Assembly (NCBI RefSeq): GCF_001194135.2
Contig: NC_068993.1
Coordinates: forward strand, 24,825,390 to 24,860,351
Origin: Octopus bimaculoides
Taxonomy: Eukaryota
Reading direction: 5' to 3'
DNA length: 34,962 nt
This document shows positions 33,569 through 34,962 of this stretch, one piece after another. The position numbers and the translations under genes were made by a program. The notes under the pieces are model-generated. The model saw nothing but the letters and a program-made list of their open reading frames with translations. It was not told the origin of the DNA and did no database searches. Position 1 is the stretch's first letter, and the number at the start of each line of letters is the position of its first letter.

Positions 33569-34803
33569 TCAGGCTGAGTAAAAAGTAAGAAACGCTTTGA
33601 AACAATATATTTCAGTAATGTGGAAATTTTATTCATCAAAGTACAATCAACACATTCTTGCCAACGAGTTACAAGTTTATTGATTCCGGAAACATAAAAA
33701 TCTGGAGTTCTGGAGCTGATGAACTCTTTCAACGTACTTTCAGTATCGGTTTGATTCTTGAACTCCTTCTCTCGGAAGAAACCATGAAGGTGCTTCAAAA
33801 AGTGGTAGTCGGTAGGAGAAAAGTTTGGAGAATAAACTCTGTGGGAATGAACTTCGTACCCAAGTTCCCTCAACTTCTGGAGCATCATTAGTGAAACATG
33901 TGGTTGAGCATTGTCATGAAGAATGATTGGCCCTCTTCTTTTCTTTGACCAGTCTGAGACGGAGGAGTAGCAGTTATTCGTTCATTTTGGCAATGTCATG
34001 GCAATATGTTTCTGCAGTAATGGTTTTTCCGGGTTTTAAGAAGTTATAGTGGATGAGCCCGGTAGTACACCACCAGACAGTCACCATAACCTTCTTTTTG
34101 AAGAGCTCAGGTTTAGGGAAGGCTTTCAGTGCTTCATTTTGGTCCAACTACTGTGAAAAACGTTTTTTATTATTGTTCAGAATCCACTTTTCATCCTAAA
34201 TTACAATACGGTCGAGAAATGGTCGAGAAGAAGCGACGAACAAATTTCATATCTGTGTATTTTCTCATTTTCATTCAAATCGTGTGATACCCATTTATCG
34301 AGCTTTTTTTGATTTTCCGATCGCATGCAAATGGTTGCAGGCAGTTTTCTGGCTAGCTTGAAGTTCTTTTCCCAGTTCTCGAGTGACTTTACGTGGATCT
34401 TTCCCAATGACGGTCTTTAATTGACTGTCATCGATGACAGATGGGCGTCCACTGCACTCACGATCTTTAAGGCTTAGGTCTCCACTGCAAAATCGTTTTA
34501 ACAAATTTCGAGCAGACCACTCACTGCTCATTTTCTCACCAAATGTTTCGTTGATATCGCGAAGTTGAATAGCAAAATTGCTCGAATATCGCGCTTTGCC
34601 AGTTTCATTTCAGATTATTTTAACAGCAGTGAAAAAAAAATCAATGTTTATTTATTGATGCATTTGGACAATTGATGCATTTGGACAATTGATGCATTTG
34701 GACAATTGCAAAAAGATGTTTTTTAAAGAAATTCATAATACTGCAAAACTCTGGTACAAATTCTTCATGGTTCAAAACATTGCTTACTTTTCACTCATCT
34801 TGA
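33569..34803 (-). mobile_element. Full-length (1235 bp) inactive mariner
   Basis: TIRs TCAGGCTGAGTAAAAAGTAAG / CTTACTTTTCACTCATCTTGA with TA flanks; RFCSGDLSL..SGRPS, KLDKWVSHDL, HDNAQPH, YSPNFSPTDYH, GINKLVTRWQECV. Confidence 0.92.
34654..34710. repeat. 17-bp tandem repeat x3 (ATTGATGCATTTGGACA) in the mariner 5' UTR
   Basis: Three perfect copies plus a partial one. Confidence 0.93.
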
Positions 34804-34804
34804 T

Positions 34805-34874
<70 letters not shown>
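34805..34874. repeat. (GATA)n microsatellite
   Basis: Directly visible. Confidence 0.95.
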
Positions 34875-34875
<1 letters not shown>

Positions 34876-34962
34876 TATTTACATTCTATTTTTATTTTCA
34901 TTTCATTTTTATTCCTTTTTTATTTCTTATTTTATTCTATTTTAATTATATTCAAATTTATC

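Noticed and set aside
24007-34710. Short tandem arrays (20-bp, 17-bp) as CRISPR-like
   Set aside because: No unique spacers, and the context is eukaryotic.

Overview
AT-rich, TE-saturated eukaryotic genomic DNA with four assembly gaps (2800-3075, 21297-21359, 28056-28219, 28838-29206) next to microsatellites. The SINE families and microsatellite load resemble an octopus genome; this is recalled from memory, not database-verified. No host gene can be called with confidence. The window is a stack of nested, decayed elements: five mariners plus a mariner MITE, a maT-like Tc1/mariner remnant, a long-TIR foldback element, two RTE-clade LINEs, many tRNA-derived SINEs, a non-autonomous Helitron with helicase remnants, and three Penelope-like element (PLE) remnants. 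The main signal is ribozyme-related. Four minimal type-I hammerhead motifs lie between 24.3 and 33.3 kb. One has an intact core with a compensatory U3-A8 pair. One sits in a 374-bp terminally redundant, retrozyme-like insertion. Two sit in inverted copies of a ~290-bp module flanking a PLE. In addition, a ~3-kb PLE fragment with its hammerhead is bounded by Helitron-like termini, suggesting Helitron capture.
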